DNA of 64,000 bases from Macrostomum lignano. Taxonomy: Eukaryota. Below the pieces are notes generated by a model. The model searched no databases. It saw only the letters and a program-made list of their open reading frames with translations, and was not told where the DNA came from. Numbering within the stretch: position 1 is the stretch's first letter; the number at the start of each line of letters is the position of its first letter. The translations under genes were made by a program, and so were the position numbers. This document shows positions 47,605 through 61,459 of the stretch, in pieces. The stretch covers positions 124,001 to 188,000 of the forward strand of contig NIVC01000740.1 in assembly GCA_002269645.1 (NCBI GenBank), written 5' to 3'.

Positions 47605-49821
47605 TCAAAACACCCGGATGCGGTCCCGCGGCACAGTCTCGAGGTCGTCGTCCACGGTGAGCAGCGCCATGAAGCCGAAGAACACGGCCGCCGATGACAG
47701 GAAGTGCCAGACGTCGTGCACATCGTAGAAGCCGGCCAGCACGCAGGCCTGGTTGCGCAGCCGCGATCCGGCCGCGCTGTCCTCCCAGTTGGCCGGCTGC
47801 TGCAGGTAGAAGCGGCCCGCGCCGGCCCAGGCCACCCCGGCCAGGGCCAGGTAGGCCAGAGGCGCCTTGGCCAGCCTCTCACCTGAGCGCAGCTTCATCA
47901 CCAAGTAGTAGAGAAAGTAGGCCAGCGAGTTGGCGGTGAGCACCCAAAGCAGGAAGCTGCCGAAGTCTCTCGGCCGGGCCAAGGCGCCGTAGAGCCCCAG
48001 GCCGAGGTTTGCAGCGTTAGCGACGGCCAGGAGGGCGGCGCGGGCGGGGGCGCGCGGCCAGCCGACGCAGCGCAGGCTGAGCAGCAGGCTCGCCCCGGTG
48101 AGGAGGCCGCAGAACAGGGCGTAGAAAGCGACGCTGCCGCCGCCATAGAAGACGCCAAGCAGGCCGGTGAGGATGACGATGGCCAGGGCCAGGTAGGCGG
48201 CGTGGGCGGGCGCGTTCGAGTCCGGGTGGCGGGCCTGGTAGAGGCACAGGGCGCACAGGCCGCAGAGCATGTACATGAAGGCCGTGTCGAACTGGAAATT
48301 GCTGTAGCTTGGGCAGACGTGATAGCAGGCCGACATGACGCCCTGCATGATGAGCGCCACCCCCATGGCGTAGTGGAGGCCGTGGTGCTGCGGCAGGCCC
48401 AGCGGAGGCTGCAGCGGAGTCCTACGCCCCGGCGGCCGGCGTCGCTGAAGGAGATCGCGGCGCCAGACGAGCAGCAGGAACAGCAGCCCGAGCAGGCCGT
48501 AGCTGATGTTGGAGAAGACGCTGTTGAACGAAGAGATCGGGCCCAGCGGGTGCGAGCACTCGAAGTTGTAGAAGCAGATGTCCTCGTCCCCGCTGGTGTT
48601 GAGCACCCGCTGGTAGGTGAGCACAAGCTGCACGACCGGCAGGCAATAGAAGATGGAGATGATGATGAGGTACCAGCAGTACAGCCGGTACTTCTTCCGC
48701 AGCCGTTTGGACGGCTTTCTTGCCAGCTCGAGCACCGACGGCGGCGGCTGTGGTGAAGGAGGCGGCAGCGGCGAGTCCGACTGTGAAGGCAGCACCGGTG
48801 GCGGCAACGGTGGTGGCGGTGGAGGCTCCCTGAGCTTCCTTGAGCTGGCCAGGTGGCTGAGGGTGGACAGGGCCAAGGCTAGCAGGTAGCAAAGCACGTA
48901 AAACAGCAGCGTCCACAGCACCGGCCAGCCGTACTGCTCGCTGTGCAGCGACGCCTGCACGTGCAACGTCAGCCGCTTCACCCGGCCCTGCTGGCGAGTT
49001 CCGCTGCCAGCTGGCGGCGACGCTGACGGAGACGCCGCCTCCACTTCGGCTTCCACGCCGCCGCGGCAGTTGGCGTCGTTCGGGTAGACCAGCAGCACCA
49101 CGTTGAAGCGGTCGGGCGTCCCGACGGCTGGGTCTCCTCGCCCGATGCTGAGCACCGCTTTCCTGCTGGCCGTCTGCCGGACGCCCGAGAACTCGACGTT
49201 CCGCGCCAGATCGTTGGCCGGGCAGGCCGCCGCCTGGACCGCCAGCCGCATGCAGAGCGCGTCGTTCGACTGCACGCGCACCTGCACGCTGGTGACGTTC
49301 GGCGGGTAGACGAACCTGAAGTACTGCGGCTGCGTGGGCGACACCTCCACTTGGACCGGGGAGTCCAGGCCCAGCCGGAAGTTGGGGACCAGCGTCGCGC
49401 TCAAGCTGAAGCGGATCTGCCGCGGCCTCTGCGACGTCACCTCCACGAAGACGGTGTGGCTGCCCCGCCGGTGGACCGGGCACAGGGTGCGGGACACCAC
49501 GCCGAAGCCGGCGTACTCCCCGGACATGGGCAGCCGCCAGGAGATCACCTCCCGCTGCTGCCTGGCCACCACCAGCAGCGGGAACTCGGAGTCCGCTTCG
49601 TCGCTTTCAACGGAGACTCGAACCGCCGCGTTGGCGCCTCCCGTCGAGCCGTCGTCGGGCGTGGCGTAGGTGAAGGCGAACACGCGCTCGACGCCTGCGC
49701 CGACTGAGCTGCGGTAGACGCGACCGAAGCTTGCCGTCTCGGCGGTCGATGCAGCGTTGGCCGCCTCTAGGAGCAGCAAGAGCAGCAGGTGGCGAGCCGC
49801 CATGCCTGACAGCAAAGCCAT
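47605..49821 (-). CDS. SIDT: SID-1 transmembrane family (SIDT-like dsRNA/cholesterol transporter), 738 aa, intronless
   Basis: Signal peptide; PQYFRF.YP..V.SV.V.V.S....C....VQ...CP..DL..NVEF.G..QT; IFY.LPVVQLV; D.C.YNF.C.HPLG..S.FN.VFSNI.Y; GLPQH.GL.YAMG.AL.M.G.MSACYHVCP.YSNFQFDT.FMY; D.HD.WHFLSS. The first or second Met (49821 / 49803) may be the start. Confidence 0.95.
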   Translation of the reverse strand: MALLSGMAARHLLLLLLLEAANAASTAETASFGRVYRSSVGAGVERVFAFTYATPDDGSTGGANAAVRVSVESDEADSEFPLLVVARQQREVISWRLPMSGEYAGFGVVSRTLCPVHRRGSHTVFVEVTSQRPRQIRFSLSATLVPNFRLGLDSPVQVEVSPTQPQYFRFVYPPNVTSVQVRVQSNDALCMRLAVQAAACPANDLARNVEFSGVRQTASRKAVLSIGRGDPAVGTPDRFNVVLLVYPNDANCRGGVEAEVEAASPSASPPAGSGTRQQGRVKRLTLHVQASLHSEQYGWPVLWTLLFYVLCYLLALALSTLSHLASSRKLREPPPPPPLPPPVLPSQSDSPLPPPSPQPPPSVLELARKPSKRLRKKYRLYCWYLIIISIFYCLPVVQLVLTYQRVLNTSGDEDICFYNFECSHPLGPISSFNSVFSNISYGLLGLLFLLLVWRRDLLQRRRPPGRRTPLQPPLGLPQHHGLHYAMGVALIMQGVMSACYHVCPSYSNFQFDTAFMYMLCGLCALCLYQARHPDSNAPAHAAYLALAIVILTGLLGVFYGGGSVAFYALFCGLLTGASLLLSLRCVGWPRAPARAALLAVANAANLGLGLYGALARPRDFGSFLLWVLTANSLAYFLYYLVMKLRSGERLAKAPLAYLALAGVAWAGAGRFYLQQPANWEDSAAGSRLRNQACVLAGFYDVHDVWHFLSSAAVFFGFMALLTVDDDLETVPRDRIRVF

Positions 49822-50269
49822 AAACTTGGAGCTGGCAAGTTCTCAGCTGTTATGGGGCTGGCAGAGGGCATACAAGTAGAGTAGGGTGAGAGTGTATACA
49901 AGTATGTGAAGTCCAGAACCAGTCCCGAGTCAGCTGAGCTCAGCCAATAAGAGCCGGTCCCTCGATCTTTGGAGGCTGCCTATATTCTAGAGGGGTGGAT
50001 GGCGAATGCAAATCCAAATGAAGTCCTGTGCAGTTCTCAGCTGAGTAGACACTGCTGGCTGATCATTTCGTGACTTTTCTGCTAGAGAGCTTGGCGAGCA
50101 TAAGGGCTCAAATCTGGGGGTGGGGTGGGGATTAGCGGCTTAGTGAAGGAATAATTCCCTGACCTCAGCTGCGGCGGGCTCCATCTTTGCCAGCCAAATT
50201 GATTTCAATCTTTTCGATCCCTTGCCCGAATCTAATCAGCTGTGTGGGCCCGCCTCTGCGTTCTCTGCC

Positions 50270-52562
<2,293 letters not shown>

Positions 52563-52578
52563 TTGCACTTTTGCACAG

Positions 52579-53360
52579 ACTAGTGGCCTGCCTGGCTACT
52601 TCAAATAACTGCTTACCAGTACGTCTCTACTACGACTACGCCTACGACTGCTCTACTACTACTCTACTAATACTTGTACTACTACTACTTCCATTACTAC
52701 TACTACGAGCTACTACTGCAACTACTAGTGCTACTACTACTGATAATCTAGCCTCAACTGATCTGCAGTGCCCAGTCGCCTGTGACCAGGGGCTGTGCAG
52801 GCGGCGATCTGTGACCAGACGCCGCCAACTGCGACTAGTGGCCTGCCTGGCTACTTCAAATAACTGCTTACCAGTACGTCTCTACTACGACTACGCCTAC
52901 GACTGCTCTACTACTACTCTACTAATACTTGTACTACTACTACTTCCATTACTACTACTACGAGCTACTACTGCAACTACTAGTGCTACTACTACTGATA
53001 ATCTAGCCTCAACTGATCTGCAGTGCCCAGTCGCCTGTGACCAGGGGCTGTGCAGGCGGCGATCTGTGACCAGACGCCGCCAACTGCGACTAGTGGCCTG
53101 CCTGGCTACTTCAAATAACTGCTTACCAGTACGTCTCTACTACGACTACGCCTACGACTGCTCTACTACTACTCTACTAATACTTGTACTACTACTACTT
53201 CCATTACTACTACTACGAGCTACTACTGCAACTACTAGTGCTACTACTACTGATAATCTAGCCTCAACTGATCTGCAGTGCCCAGTCGCCTGTGACCAGG
53301 GGCTGTGCAGGCGGCGATCTGTGACCAGACGCCGCCAACTGCAACTAGTGGCCTGCCTGG
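52579..53360. repeat. Three exact 255-bp tandem copies containing (CTA)n-rich tracts
   Basis: actagtggcctgcctgg recurs at 52579, 52834, 53089 and 53344. Confidence 0.93.
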
Positions 53361-53755
53361 CGACTCAATTTATTTACTGTTTATGTAATAACATCTATTT
53401 ACTTGCACTTCTTTTTGAAAAGTTCTCAGTGCTCTGTTTTAATTTAATATTTGTTCTCAATTCTACGGGCATAAATAACTTATTTGTTGAACTTTTCAAG
53501 ATGCTTATTCATACACTTCTACGCTCTAAATCTGTTTTTCTATAGCACCTAACATCTTTAATATTTTTTGTGCAAGGCTTTAAGCTGCCAATCTTTAACC
53601 AATCAGCGTGCTTCAACTCACGTTTTTAACTAATTATACGTACACATCTTTACTCAACACTGCTCAGTGCACCCCCAAAAGTAGCATATATATATATTGA
53701 AATTATGTTACAATAACTTCACTGCCAATATATTTGTTTTTAAACCCGAATAAAT

Positions 53756-53796
53756 AAACCCTGACGAAGGCCCAGTCTGGGCCGAAATATCGGTTT
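53756..53796 (+). ncRNA. Minimal type I hammerhead ribozyme (Penelope-like element / retrozyme type)
   Basis: AAACC-CTGACGA-A-GGCCCAGTCTGGGCC-GAAA-TA-TC-GGTTT. Stem I is AAACC/GGTTT, the core is CUGANGA and GAAA, stem II is GGCCC/GGGCC, stem III is the palindrome ATAT, and the cleavage triplet is AUC (53789-53791). It lies in an AT-rich tract ending in a (TATC)n tail. Confidence 0.7.
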
Positions 53797-53871
53797 TTTT
53801 CGAACATTCGACAACTGGTAACCTTCAATATCTTCCGAGTGCGTGGTTTGCAGTTTCAAACTGCCTTATGA

Positions 53872-53872
53872 A

Positions 53873-53956
<84 letters not shown>

Positions 53957-54040
53957 GATCGATCGATCGATCTATCTATCTATCCATCTATCTATCTATC
54001 TATCCATCTATCTATCTATCCATCTATCTATCTATCTATT
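53872..54040. repeat. Second (TATC)n tract with the same variant cassette as the end of the first
   Basis: gatc x4, tatc x3, catc, tatc x4, catc, tatc x3, catc, tatc x3, then tattgcacttttgcacag. This is identical to 52481-52578. Confidence 0.95.
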
Positions 54041-57000
54041 GCACTTTTGCACAGCTTTCCAAGATAACAGAGAGTCCCGTCCCTCAAAGGGGATCGAACT
54101 CCAGTTAGACAAGTGGGAGCCTCTAAAGCCAGCTTCCAATCTTCATCAGGCTGTCTGTCCGACGGATCCGGGGGGGGGGGGTTAGAGGCTCGGGGCCGCA
54201 AAGCCGCTGCTAATAACGAATCCTGCAAGGCGACAATGGGGTTTCGGAGTCGGGGATTTCCAATCTGCAGCCAGGATTGCAGCTGCGTCCTGGGCAGACT
54301 AGGAAGCTGCAAGCAACGCGGCACGCTGCATCAGGCACCGGGGGAAATTGCCTTCATTCCGTTTTTTCGGCCGCCATCCGTGCTGGCCAGGCGAGTTTAT
54401 TTTTGCCAGACGAACTTTTTGCTAAGCCGGTCTGTGCAAATCTGTTTCATTCTCGATGATCGTCTCTTGCAGAAGCGAAAGCGAGAGCAGCAGGAGACAA
54501 CTCAACTGCCTGGCAACAAGATTGAGAGCTGCGTGAGAGCTTATGCCAGGCTGCACTGGAGTGTAAACTGAAACTCGGGCCTCTGTAAGTTAGCTATAAT
54601 AGTCGGATATTGAGTTTCTGGGGTCCTTGGCCGGCGGGGCCCTGGAGAGCTGTGGTTCGACAACCTGCTAAGGCGCAGTGGCAGCCCAGTTATTACATTA
54701 TAGGCTGAGGGCATATGATAGTTAAGCAGTGCTTTCAGCCCTGTGAAATGCTTATATTAGTTGGCGCAGCTCTCCATCATCTCTCTCTGATTTGATTTCG
54801 AGCCCTCGTATCAGCGAGCAGGCTTGAATATGCGGGCCACTGGGACGGTCGGTGCGAGTGTGCCGCGATGGATGGCCATTAGCGCAGCATTTTTCGAATC
54901 CCCGCGGCTGAGACGGCAAGGCCTTTTGCTAAGAAGCCTCGCTGCTCGCCTCGATCGAACCCAATTGGCCTCTCTCGGCAAATATTCGTGCCGTTGCGTG
55001 CCTCGATGCTCGGTATCAGCTGAAAGTACTTTAAGGCCTTGTTGGAAAACATCGGAGAATTTCTGTAGATGTAGTGAATCAGTCGGCGTTGACGACGAAC
55101 GCTCCATAGATGCTGATCATTCAATTTGAGCAAAGAATAACATGTAGCTCGATACGTGCATGTGTACCAGAATGCCCATTCAAAAATGTTACTCGTGCAT
55201 AGAAAAGGTTAATCTCGTTAATACTAAATATTTGTTGCTGCTTCTTGCTCGCTGATGCTTTCCTGCTTTATTATTACTTCTGAAAGACTGATGGACGAGA
55301 ATTATCTAAAAGGCAGTAAAACAATCTAAAACGAAGCATTGGATTGATCGTGTATTTAGGCTGCTACATGTACGTACATGTATACAAGCATTTATAGATT
55401 TGGGTCGTATAGCACAGGCCATTCTCCATCATGTAGTTAAAGCCATATTTCTCCCATATCCAGAATGCTCAATCAACTGGCAGAATGAGAATAGAAATAA
55501 AAAATCAAAAATACCACTCTTACTTCCGTGTGAATATAATTACCTGTATATTTAGTAAAATAACCAATTACCACAATTCCGAATATCTTTAAAAATATAT
55601 TTGAAGATATTTTAATATATATTTTTATAAAGAAAGCAAGAAAATAGCCAAAGAGCTATGATATGAAGTATTAATTTTAGTATCAGTATACACATGTAGC
55701 ATAATCGGCAACAGCCTAAAACGGGATATTTGCTAGATAGCTAGCTAGACGGATGGAATACACTGTATAGTGTTTATTAATAAACTAAAAAAATCTTTCG
55801 TGATGAAAAATTAAATAAAGTAAATGTTTTATGAAAAACCGAAGTATAAGCTCACACTTTTTAGATACCTTCGACTATCGTCGTTACTCTTTTACTCCTT
55901 ACACTTTTTGGAATTCATTACATTTTATTGTTTGTTATACGAGTTATGGAGTTTAGTGTACAGAAATGCGCACCAGATTGGTTTTATTTTAATCTTTTAT
56001 ATTTTAAAGAAGCCATAAATTTTTATTGACTTTCGCCGCCTGGCCCGCCTGGCGCCTGGCCTGCGGGTAGTGTTAGTGTAGTAGTCAGAAAGTGAGCGAT
56101 TGCAATGTTGATATTACATCTAGTAACTTCGTGGGCTGATAACTTACTATAAGTTTGTCTAGTCACGTGAATTAAATGCTTATTCAGAATTCAACCGAAG
56201 AGGCGAAGATTAGCTTGCATTATTATCATTCAGTCGGAGTGTCGCTGTCGGGTCTGGCATTGGTCTCACTCACGAAGGATACAGCTAGTCTATTGCTTGA
56301 TGCTCCTGCTGAAGTCTTTATTTTAAATAAAGATAGAAAGAAGTAGATTACTATGTTATTGCAGTGCCAGAGTATTTAAATTCAATATCTGTAGGTCTAT
56401 TCTAGCCTGTACGTAGCTAATGATGTTATCTCTGTTATTAGGCCTAACTTGCCAGTCTATCCCATCTGACAGTGAAAAGTGACAATAAAGCCCCTGTTCG
56501 TTCATACATTATAAAATTAGCTATAATAGACCTACAATAGTAAACTGACAATGGTCTATAAATGGTTTTAAATTCATTAAATATAAAAAGCACTAAGAAA
56601 TAAGATTTTTAATTAAAGGATTAACAAATTAGATTATTATTGTTATAGTTATAGCATCATTGCCCAATTTAACATTAATGTTTTTAATAAGAAGTTAAAA
56701 ATAAATTTCGGTAATAGAAACTATTGTGAAAATATATTATTCCCATTGGCATTGTCATTATTACCATAGCAATGATCATGCTATAGATATGTGCATTAGA
56801 AGTTGTGCAAAAATATTATCAATTGTATACTAGGCAACATTGCTAGACAAGTGGTCAATTTGAAATCTCTTAGCTCCTTAGCCTAGTCCAATATATATAT
56901 CTAACAATATTTTATATAAAATATGTGAATTTACAGACCATTTTTAATAAAATAGTAACTATTAGTTAACTTACAATACTGCAAAAGAATTGTTTAAAAT

Positions 57001-57482
57001 TAATAAATTGTCAATTTCAATCCAAAATTGAAATGCTAAGATTCTATCCTAGGCTATGATCTATGATATAGTGCATATTGCATTCCAACTTTTTGGTACA
57101 GCTATATACACATGTACTAAGAAGTTAAGAACCAAATTATAATAATAACAAATCTATACAGTATTATATTTGATACAAAGCATTTGATTGAAGCCCAAGC
57201 TATGTGCCCTGGATCCTTTCGATGAAATTTATATAATAAGTGTATTTATCAAAAATTAGAAATTTCTAGTATACCTAATATGATCCTGATTGTGGCATTA
57301 ATAAAATGATACATATTATAATAGGACTGCCATTTCTATATAAGGGGTGCCATCTCAAGGATACATATGATAAGTATACTATATGCGCCTTGGATAGCAA
57401 TGGTATATATCATTAAGCTTGAGATGGCACCCCTTTTACACTTATTGTATATTTCATATTTTCAGACATTATAGTATTAATA

Positions 57483-59134
57483 ATGGGAAACTCGCATGGT
57501 GCATTCTCTAAGGAAGAGCTGGCTGAGTACCAGGAGCTGACATACCTAACTAAGAGAGAGATTATTGAGTAAGTTGGCATCTTTGAATTTTTAATTGTTA
57601 ATAAAATCATAATTCCAATGTCTATCTATACTTTCAATTCTCAAACTGCAGGGTCTACAACAGATTTACAAAGATCGATCCACAAGCACTGAAGGAGGAC
57701 GCCAGGAATCCCAAGGTGGAATGGGAAAAGATTCTGGCAATTCCTGAACTCAGGGTGAGAGTTTGTATTGGCACATGTCTTTTCCTCTTCACTGTTCACA
57801 GATTCTTATTCACTGTTCACATAGATCTCTTCACTGTTCACAGATACTTATTCACTGTTCACAAAGACCTTCATTGTTCAAAAACATCTCTTCACTGTTC
57901 ACAAAGACCTTTTCACTGTTCACAGATACTTATTCACTGTTCACAAAGACCTCTAGTGATCGCAGATTCTTATTCACTGTTCACATAGACCTCTTCACTG
58001 TTCACAAAGGCTTTATTAATTGTCAACAAAGACCTATCAGCTTGCAACCGTCCTACCCGCAGATGAACCCGTTCAAGGAGCGAATAGTTAGCGTGTTCAG
58101 CAGCGAGCCGAGCCGCATGTCGTTCGAGGACTTCCTGGACATGATGTCCGTGTTCAGCGAGGCGGCGGACAAGGCCACCAAGGTGAAGTACGCCTTCCTC
58201 ATCTACGATTACGACGGCGATTTGCACATCGGCGAGGCCGACCTGCGCTGCATCATCCGGGCGCTGACGTCTAATGAGGAGGCCGGGCCGCAGCAGCAGC
58301 CGCAGCAGCAGCTCACGGACGATGATGTTGAGAAGCTGGTCAGCAATGTAAGTAGTGCAGATTTTGAGCAGGTGCAGGGTCCCCGAATCTCCCAGATCCC
58401 CAGTCCTCTGCTCTCCTAAATCCCCTGTTCTCTAATCTCCCAAATGCCCAGTCCCCAAATCTCCCTAATCCCCAGTTCTCTAATCTCCCAGATCCCCAGT
58501 CCCCGAATCTCCCAGTCCCGCATCTCCCAAATCCCCAGTTCTCTAATCTCCCAGATCCCCAGTCCCCGAATCTCCAAGATAAAATCTCTCAGTCCTAGAA
58601 TGTCCCAGATCCCCCGTCAGATATCCGTATCTCCCAGATCCCCAGTCCCCGAATCTCCCAGTCCCACATCTCCCAGATCCCCAGTCCCGCATCTCCCAGA
58701 TCCCCAGTCCCCGAATCTCTCAGTCCCGCATCTCCCAGATCCCCAGTTCTCTAATCTCCCAGTCCCGCATCTCCCAGATCCCAGTCCCGCATCTCCCAGA
58801 TCCCAGTCCCGCATCTCCCAGATCCCAGTCCCGCATCTCCCATATCCCAGTCCCGCATCTCCCAGATCCCAGTCCCGCATCTCCCAGATCCCAGTCCCGC
58901 ATCTCCCAGATCCCAGTCCCGCATCTCCCAGATCCCAATCCCGCATCTCCCAGATCCCAGTCCCGCATCTCACATATCCCAGTCAGCCTGTAAGGCTAAG
59001 CCCATTCGAACGGCACCCCGCAGATCCTGGCCGAGTCGGACCGGGACGAGGACCGCAAGCTGTCATTCGCCGAGTTCGAGCACGTGATCTCCAAGGCGCC
59101 CGACTTTGTGAGCTCATTCCGAATCCGTGTCTAA
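57483..59134 (+). CDS. CIB: Calcium- and integrin-binding (CIB1-like) EF-hand protein, 4 exons, 194 aa
   Basis: Exons 57483-57568, 57652-57754, 58063-58347 and 59024-59134 with GT..AG introns and consistent phases (585 nt). MG myristoylation start, L.EYQELTYLTK.EI, PELR|MNPFK.RI..VFS, SFEDFLDMMSVFS, AF.IYD.D.D, E.D.D.D.KLSF.EFEHVISKAPDF.SSF.I. Confidence 0.95.
57780..58012. repeat. Degenerate ttcactgttcaca-core minisatellite in CIB intron 2
   Basis: The core ttcactgttcaca recurs about every 20-24 bp. Confidence 0.85.
58372..58985. repeat. 22-bp minisatellite (tctcccagatcccagtcccgca) in CIB intron 3
   Basis: Direct tandem copies; they account for spurious ORFs on both strands. Confidence 0.92.
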
Positions 59135-61189
59135 CTGGCTGTGAGACGGCCGGCTGACGGACAGATAGTCGGCCTTGGCTCTGTGCTCTATATTTACATT
59201 TTGCTAACCCGAGTGGCACCTGTCTTCGGATTTGCGCTGCCTGTAGAAACCTGTGATAAAACAGCCAGTGGCTGCGTGCTTATTGAATCAAAATTGTTTA
59301 GAATTCCATCCGCTTTGGTACTTGCAAAGATTGAATTGGCTTGAAAAGTCTATAATTAGAATATTTAATCAAAATTTGATTTCTACTTCAAGGATCATTC
59401 GCAATTTTTATTTCCCTTATCTGGGCCTCGCTTTGCTACTTATGCTTGACAGTCAGTAGTATAGAGTGCTTTGCGCTTTTTATTTGTTCGTGTAATCGAG
59501 AACTATGCTGTAGACTTTATAAATAGAAAGCTTAATAATATTATTTATTTTACAATCTTAATTAATTAGCATTGCTCGCTTGCGCTTAAGACTATTTGTA
59601 TTCATCGACAAATATTCGCGAAAATGGCTCCAGTTTTGGTGTTGAAACATGCCTTAAGAGAAACTGATGCAGTTTTAAGCCTTTGGCCTGTAGTGAATGA
59701 ATATGACAAACATTTATGCCGGATTTTATACCCAACATTTCTGTTCACTTGATCAGAAGAAAGCTTTGCTGACTAATATTTTTGGGGTTGTTTTCTTTAA
59801 TTTTAAAAAAAAATTGCTTTAGTCTCGAAATTTTATCAGGAATTTTTTATTCCTGTCTGGGATTTCATTAACTTACAACTTATTTTGTTTAGAAAATTCA
59901 CTTTTTGGAAATTTGGGAAAAATAATAATTAATAATTAATTACAACAGCCCCCAGCTATTGCGCGGCGCATCTGAAGGCTGATCAGTCCAAATGCTGGCA
60001 TGATGAAGTCTGCAATGAATTACCAGCAATGCGCTGCTCAGGAGCACAAATTGTTGCAGTGTTATCGGAAATCGAACTCCGGACCTTCTAGCCACTAGGC
60101 TTACAGTCTTCTTCACGACTTCTAAATATACTAAATCCACTATACTAAAAATAAAATGCTTAAATAATTTCTTTGTACTTTCCTGTCGCATGAGTCATGA
60201 ACTCGTGCTCAGTTTCCAGTGAAACTCCAGCCAGTTGTGAGGAATTCATTCAGCTTTAGAACGACACCAAGTTTGTTAAAATCGGTTCTGCTATTCCGGA
60301 GTTATTGGGAACCTTGTGCGGGACAGTTAAGGCTTCTCCGTCTATTTTCTAGAAACGAACTGGCCTTAGGACATCCTGGGGTCAAGGCCGTTAGAGCTGA
60401 CCCCAATAAATAAACAAAGCGCAGTCGTCCTTCATCTGAGCTGGGGGCCTTGGCCGCAGAAATTTATCTGTTGCTCGGCCTGGGTTGTTATTTCTGAGTC
60501 TTCTGATAAGCGCAGGAATACAATCTTGATCAGGTCATAAACAGGCCTAGCGTGCATGCGGTGGGGAAGGCGGGGTGACGCGATCGATTCTTTTAGCGAT
60601 AAACACAAAAACACGCGAGCGGCTCGGCTCGCCTGACCAACGCGGACAAACTTGAAGACTGCACCGGCGCAAATTCTCTTGCCGCGGGAGAACATGGAAC
60701 TGCGGGGGGCGGGGGGAACGGGGTGGGTGTGACGTGCGCGCTCAGCCGGCGCCTGTTTTGCACTTGACCAGGCGCGTCTCGTGACTCACGCGGGGGGGTG
60801 GGGCGGCTGGCCGCCCTTTCTCTGTACGCGCCAACCCCCCTCTCAAAGCCTCTCGCCCTTAATTTGGGCAGGCGTGCAGTGGCGGGCGGGTGTTTGCGCT
60901 TGCGCTCCGCGTGCTGGCTCGCAGTGTTTGCGTCCCCCGCAGTTTTATGGCCATTTTGGCTTTAAGGGGGCGGTGGACGGTCATTCGCCCAGCCAGCCGG
61001 CGGGCTAAGGAAAGATTTATATTAAAGCCCCGAAATTGCGCACAGACTGACTGTTTATTCTGCCCGAGTGAACCCTTAAGCTCAACCGTATTGAACTGAG
61101 CGACTGCCCGAGAGCTGCTGCCCAAGCCTTACTGCGGAATTTATTGATTAGAAAGAAGAGCGCAGGAAATGAGACAGCGCCGATTCGCC

Positions 61190-61459
61190 ATGGCCAGCCT
61201 GCCTCCTTATGTGCCCGCTTCGACAGAGCAGCCCGCCGACCGCGGCGGCGGCGACCACTCAGCCGCGTCTCCTGGGCCGCTCAATCGCGCTGAGTCCCCC
61301 TTGACGGCGGCAGGCAGCTCCCGGCTCAGGCAGCGGCGGAATGCTGTGTACTGCCGGCCGCCGGAGCTGGACCGCCTGCTGGGACTGCCGGCCGGGGCCT
61401 GGGTGGCCGACCTGCTGACCGATGACCGGACGGAGTCTGCTGAAGAGGCCGGACGATGA
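61190..61459 (+). CDS. Putative small protein, 89 aa (MASLPPYVP...RLRQRRNAVYCRP...), unknown function
   Basis: GC-rich ORF in an AT-rich context, with Kozak GCCATGG and GC-box-like and TATA-like (TTTATATTAAA) sequence ~200-500 bp upstream. No family was recognised. Confidence 0.4.
   Translation: MASLPPYVPASTEQPADRGGGDHSAASPGPLNRAESPLTAAGSSRLRQRRNAVYCRPPELDRLLGLPAGAWVADLLTDDRTESAEEAGR

Noticed and set aside
47595-49707. Overlapping 353-, 242- and 184-aa ORFs within SIDT
   Set aside because: Alternative-frame and antisense shadows of a high-GC3 gene.
58444-59157. 237-aa Pro/Ser-rich ORF
   Set aside because: The 22-bp intronic repeat read through into CIB exon 4 in the wrong frame.
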